From assembly GCA_027925325.1 (NCBI GenBank), contig AP027133.1, positions 1 to 32,000 of the forward strand: a DNA stretch of 32,000 bases, read 5' to 3'. This stretch comes from Candidatus Saccharimonadota bacterium. GTDB lineage: Bacteria > Bacillota_I > Bacilli_A > Mycoplasmatales > Hepatoplasmataceae. Of this stretch, positions 29,140-32,000 are shown piece after piece. Position numbers and translations under genes: made by a program. Below the pieces are notes generated by a model. The model ran no database searches, was not told the origin of the DNA, and was given only the letters and a program-made list of their open reading frames with translations. Positions within the stretch are counted from its first letter, which is position 1, and the number at the start of each line of letters is the position of its first letter.

Positions 29140-31224
29140 ATGAAAAACGAAGTTATAAATTTAATCAAAACTAATAATGGGATTGGTTTTAGAAATTTAA
29201 AAAATAAATTAAATCTTAATAAAAAAAATGATGGATATAAATTAAATCAAGTTTTACACGAATTGGTAAGAGAAAATAAAATTTTTTATCGTAAAAAAAC
29301 AGAACTATATTATTTAAAATCTGAAAAAAGTACAATTGGGACTTTTAAAACAACATTTAGAGAATTTGCATTTGTAGAAGATGAACAAGGATCGGTTTTT
29401 ATTCCTGCAAAATTTGTTTTAAATGCATTGGAAGGTGATACTGTAAAGGTGATCTTATTTTCCTATCCCGAAGATGAAAAACAAGATGAAAATAGACGAG
29501 CAGGAAAAATTGTTCGTGTTATCAAGCGAAACGGTGGAAATATTGTCGGTAGGATTAGAAAAATTAATCAAAAATTAGAATTTATTCCCGATGATATTGA
29601 TGCAAAATACAAATATAAAATTGTTGATCAAAATAATTTAAAAGAGGGGCAAATTTTAGTTGTTACTTTTAAAGATTTTGCAGATCAAATAATTTATGTA
29701 AATTTAAAAAAAATTCTAGGAGATGAAAAAGATCCATCATTGGATGTTTTATTAATTAAATATAAAAATAATCTTAAAGATAATTTTTCTGAGAAATCAA
29801 TTTTGCAAATTAAAAATAAAACATTTGCAAAAGAAGATCAAAAAAGAATTAATTTAACCGATAGATTAATTGTTACGATAGATGGAGATGAATCTAAAGA
29901 TTTAGATGATGCGATTGATTTTAAGGTTTTAGATAATAATTTATATCATTTGGGTGTTCATATTGCCGATGTTTCACATTATGTTTTGGAAAATACAGAT
30001 TTAGATTATGAAGCGTATGATCGTGGTAATTCAATCTATTTAATTGATAAAGTTTTTCCAATGTTACCAGAAGAATTATCGAATAATCTTTGCTCTTTAA
30101 ATCCTAATGAAGAAAAATTAACATTAACTTGTGACATGAAAATTACGGAAGAAGGAAAAATAATTGATTTTAAAGTTTATCCTAGTATTATTAAATCTTC
30201 TTATCGATTGACATATAATGAAGTTGATAAATTATTTAGCGATCAAAAGTTTATTTTACGAGATGATCCAAAATTATCTTCGATGTTAAGAAATGCAAAA
30301 AAAACAGCTAATGATTTGCGAAAATATAAATTAAAAAATGGAATGATTGATTATCAATTAAAAGAAACAAAAATTAAACTTGATCTGAAAGGAAATCCAA
30401 TTGCGATAACTGAAAAAGTGCAAACAGAATCTGAAAGATTAATTGAAGATTTTATGGTTTCAGCTAATCAATCAATTGCAAAGTGATTTGTTCTTAAAAA
30501 TTTACCATCAATTTTCCGTGTTCACAAAAAACCGAAGATTGAAAATTTAGAACCTTTTTATAATTTTTTAAATTTACTAAATTTGAGATTTAATTTTAAA
30601 GATTTAAATTCAAAAAATTTCCAAAATTTTTTAGATCAATATAAAGATGATAAAAATATTGAAATTATCAAAAAAATAATGATTCAAGCGATGGAAAAAG
30701 CAATTTATTTAGAAAAAAATGAAGGACATTATGCTCTTGGATTAAAATATTATCTTCACTTTACTTCTCCGATTAGAAGATATCCCGACCTTATTGTTCA
30801 TCGATTATTACATTTTTTCTTATTTAAAAATGAAAAGATCAAAAATAAAGAAGAATTAGCAGTTTTAATTAATAAACTTTCAGAAATATCAAAGCATTGT
30901 TCTTTGCGCGAAAAAGAAGCGATGGTAAGTGAAAGGAAGTTAGCCGATATCAAAAAAGTTCGTTTTTTTGCTAGCAAAATAAATCAAAAAATCGAAGGAA
31001 CAATTGTTAATTTTTCTAATTTTGGTATTTTTGTTGAATTAGAAAATAATACTCAGGGAATGGTAAGATTAGATAATTTAAAATTAAAAGCAAATAATTA
31101 TCAATATGATGAAAAGAAATTTCTTTTAAAAATAGATCAAAAAAGTTATCAATTAGGTGATAAAATTTTAGTAAAAATTGTTAAATTAGATACGATAAGA
31201 GGTTTGATTGAATTAGAATTATAA
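29140..31224 (+). CDS. rnr: Ribonuclease R
   Basis: Two pieces joined through TGA 30484. RNB motifs TIDGDESKDLDDAI, YLIDKVFPMLPE..SN..CSLNP, HYALG...YLHFTSPIRRYPDLIVHR and a C-terminal S1 domain (GTIVNFSNFGIFVEL). Confidence 0.95.
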
Positions 31225-31231
31225 AATTGTT

Positions 31232-31672
31232 ATGAAAATAATTACAAAAAATAAGCGAGCAAAAAAAGATTATATTTTATTTAAAACATATGTTGCTGGA
31301 ATTTCATTATTAGGAGGAGAGGTAAAATCAATTCGTACAGGGAAAGTTGATATTACAGGTTCTTTTATAGCATTTGATCGTAATAATAATTTAGTAATTC
31401 ATGGGATGAACATTGAGAGATATAAATATCAAACACAACTTGAATTTGATAGTTTAAGAACAAGACAGTTACTTTTAAATAAGCAAGAAATTAGGCGGAT
31501 AAATGATAAAATTAAATTGGAGCGATTAACAATTGTTCCGATAAAACTTTTTATAAATGATAATAGTTTAATAAAATTAGAAATTGCACTTGCAAAAGGA
31601 CGCAGAAAAAAAGATATGCGTGAATATTTAAAAGAAAAAGAATTTAAAAAAAGTAAAAAAGAATATTATTAA
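31232..31672 (+). CDS. smpB: SsrA-binding protein SmpB
   Basis: 146-aa ORF with NKRAKKDY.., GISLLGGEVKSIR and RTRQLLL.K.EI. It sits directly upstream of the tmRNA. Confidence 0.95.
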   Translation: MKIITKNKRAKKDYILFKTYVAGISLLGGEVKSIRTGKVDITGSFIAFDRNNNLVIHGMNIERYKYQTQLEFDSLRTRQLLLNKQEIRRINDKIKLERLTIVPIKLFINDNSLIKLEIALAKGRRKKDMREYLKEKEFKKSKKEYY

Positions 31673-31682
31673 TTTTTACTAC

Positions 31683-32000
31683 GGGGGTGCACTGGATTTG
31701 ACAATTGAGGGTGAACTTAAAAGGCAGTGGTATTGCAGACCATAAGGCAATTTAAAGATAATCGGAAACGATGATTCTGCCGTTGATTTTGCTTTAATGC
31801 AAGAACAAAGTATCCAAAATACAAACTTTGCATTAGCATAATAAATTAACACTTCAACTTTATTTTTTCGCTTGGGATTTAGTTGGAGCGGTTACAAGCG
31901 AACATTTAGATTTTATTTTAAGGGATGCTAATTCCTCAAATTAGCTAAACTGTAGATTTTTAAGGGTTCTCTCATTTGGACTCGGGTTCGATTCCCGACA
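31683..32000 (+). ncRNA. ssrA: tmRNA (ssrA), 3' end truncated by the window edge
   Basis: 5' GGGGGUGCACUGGAUUUGACA parallels E. coli GGGGCUGAUUCUGGAUUCGAC. The tag ORF GGA AAC GAT GAT ... TTT GCA TTA GCA TAA TAA spans 31764..31844. T-arm TCGGG-TTCGATT-CCCGA lies at the window end, and the final CA begins the acceptor 3' strand. Confidence 0.92.

Noticed and set aside
1-32000. Dozens of in-frame TGA codons fragment nearly every gene in the ORF track. This could be read as massive pseudogenisation.
   Set aside because: The fragments are always in the same frame. The junctions I translated contain no TAA or TAG, and the TGA positions often fall where Trp is expected (for example FAW in the DUF262 motif, WGLKKLAY in S6). 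Together with the extreme AT-richness and mycoplasma-like gene content, this indicates translation table 4, not decay.

Overview
This is the origin-proximal chromosome of a very AT-rich Mollicute (Mycoplasma-like) that reads TGA as Trp (translation table 4). The six-frame ORF track uses the standard code, so it splits almost every real gene at in-frame TGA codons. When same-frame pieces are joined, no in-frame TAA or TAG appears in the junctions I translated. The result is about 27 tightly packed CDS, all but one on the + strand.

Gene order: DnaA-box cluster, dnaA, dnaN, one minus-strand coiled-coil orphan, a GlcNAc-type PTS EIICB with nagA and nagB, a large stand-alone DUF262 (GmrSD-like) gene, rsmA(ksgA), prs, pth, tilS, hpt, ftsH, a giant double-FtsX ABC permease with its ATPase, lysS, an AsnA-like protein, rpsF, ssb, rpsR, gdpP, dnaB, an SDR oxidoreductase, secG, rnr, smpB, and a tmRNA cut off by the window end.

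Most of this is housekeeping and looks like a compressed version of the Bacillus origin-region gene order. I found no CRISPR array, IS element, transposase, prophage, rRNA or ordinary tRNA.

The best candidate for accessory or defence biology is the 841-codon gene at 7467..9992. It reads as DUF4145-like + DUF262 + DUF1524-like, and its nuclease motif looks degenerate.

Other points worth a second look:
- a G9 homopolymer inside the PTS permease gene, very unlikely by chance at this base composition
- an AsnA-like protein that appears to lack catalytic motif 3
- an rsmA reading frame with no canonical start codon upstream of its conserved GQNF motif
- a duplicated SSB C-terminal tip
- a bipartite oriC

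All domain calls come from motifs read by eye and remembered family consensus. No database search was possible.
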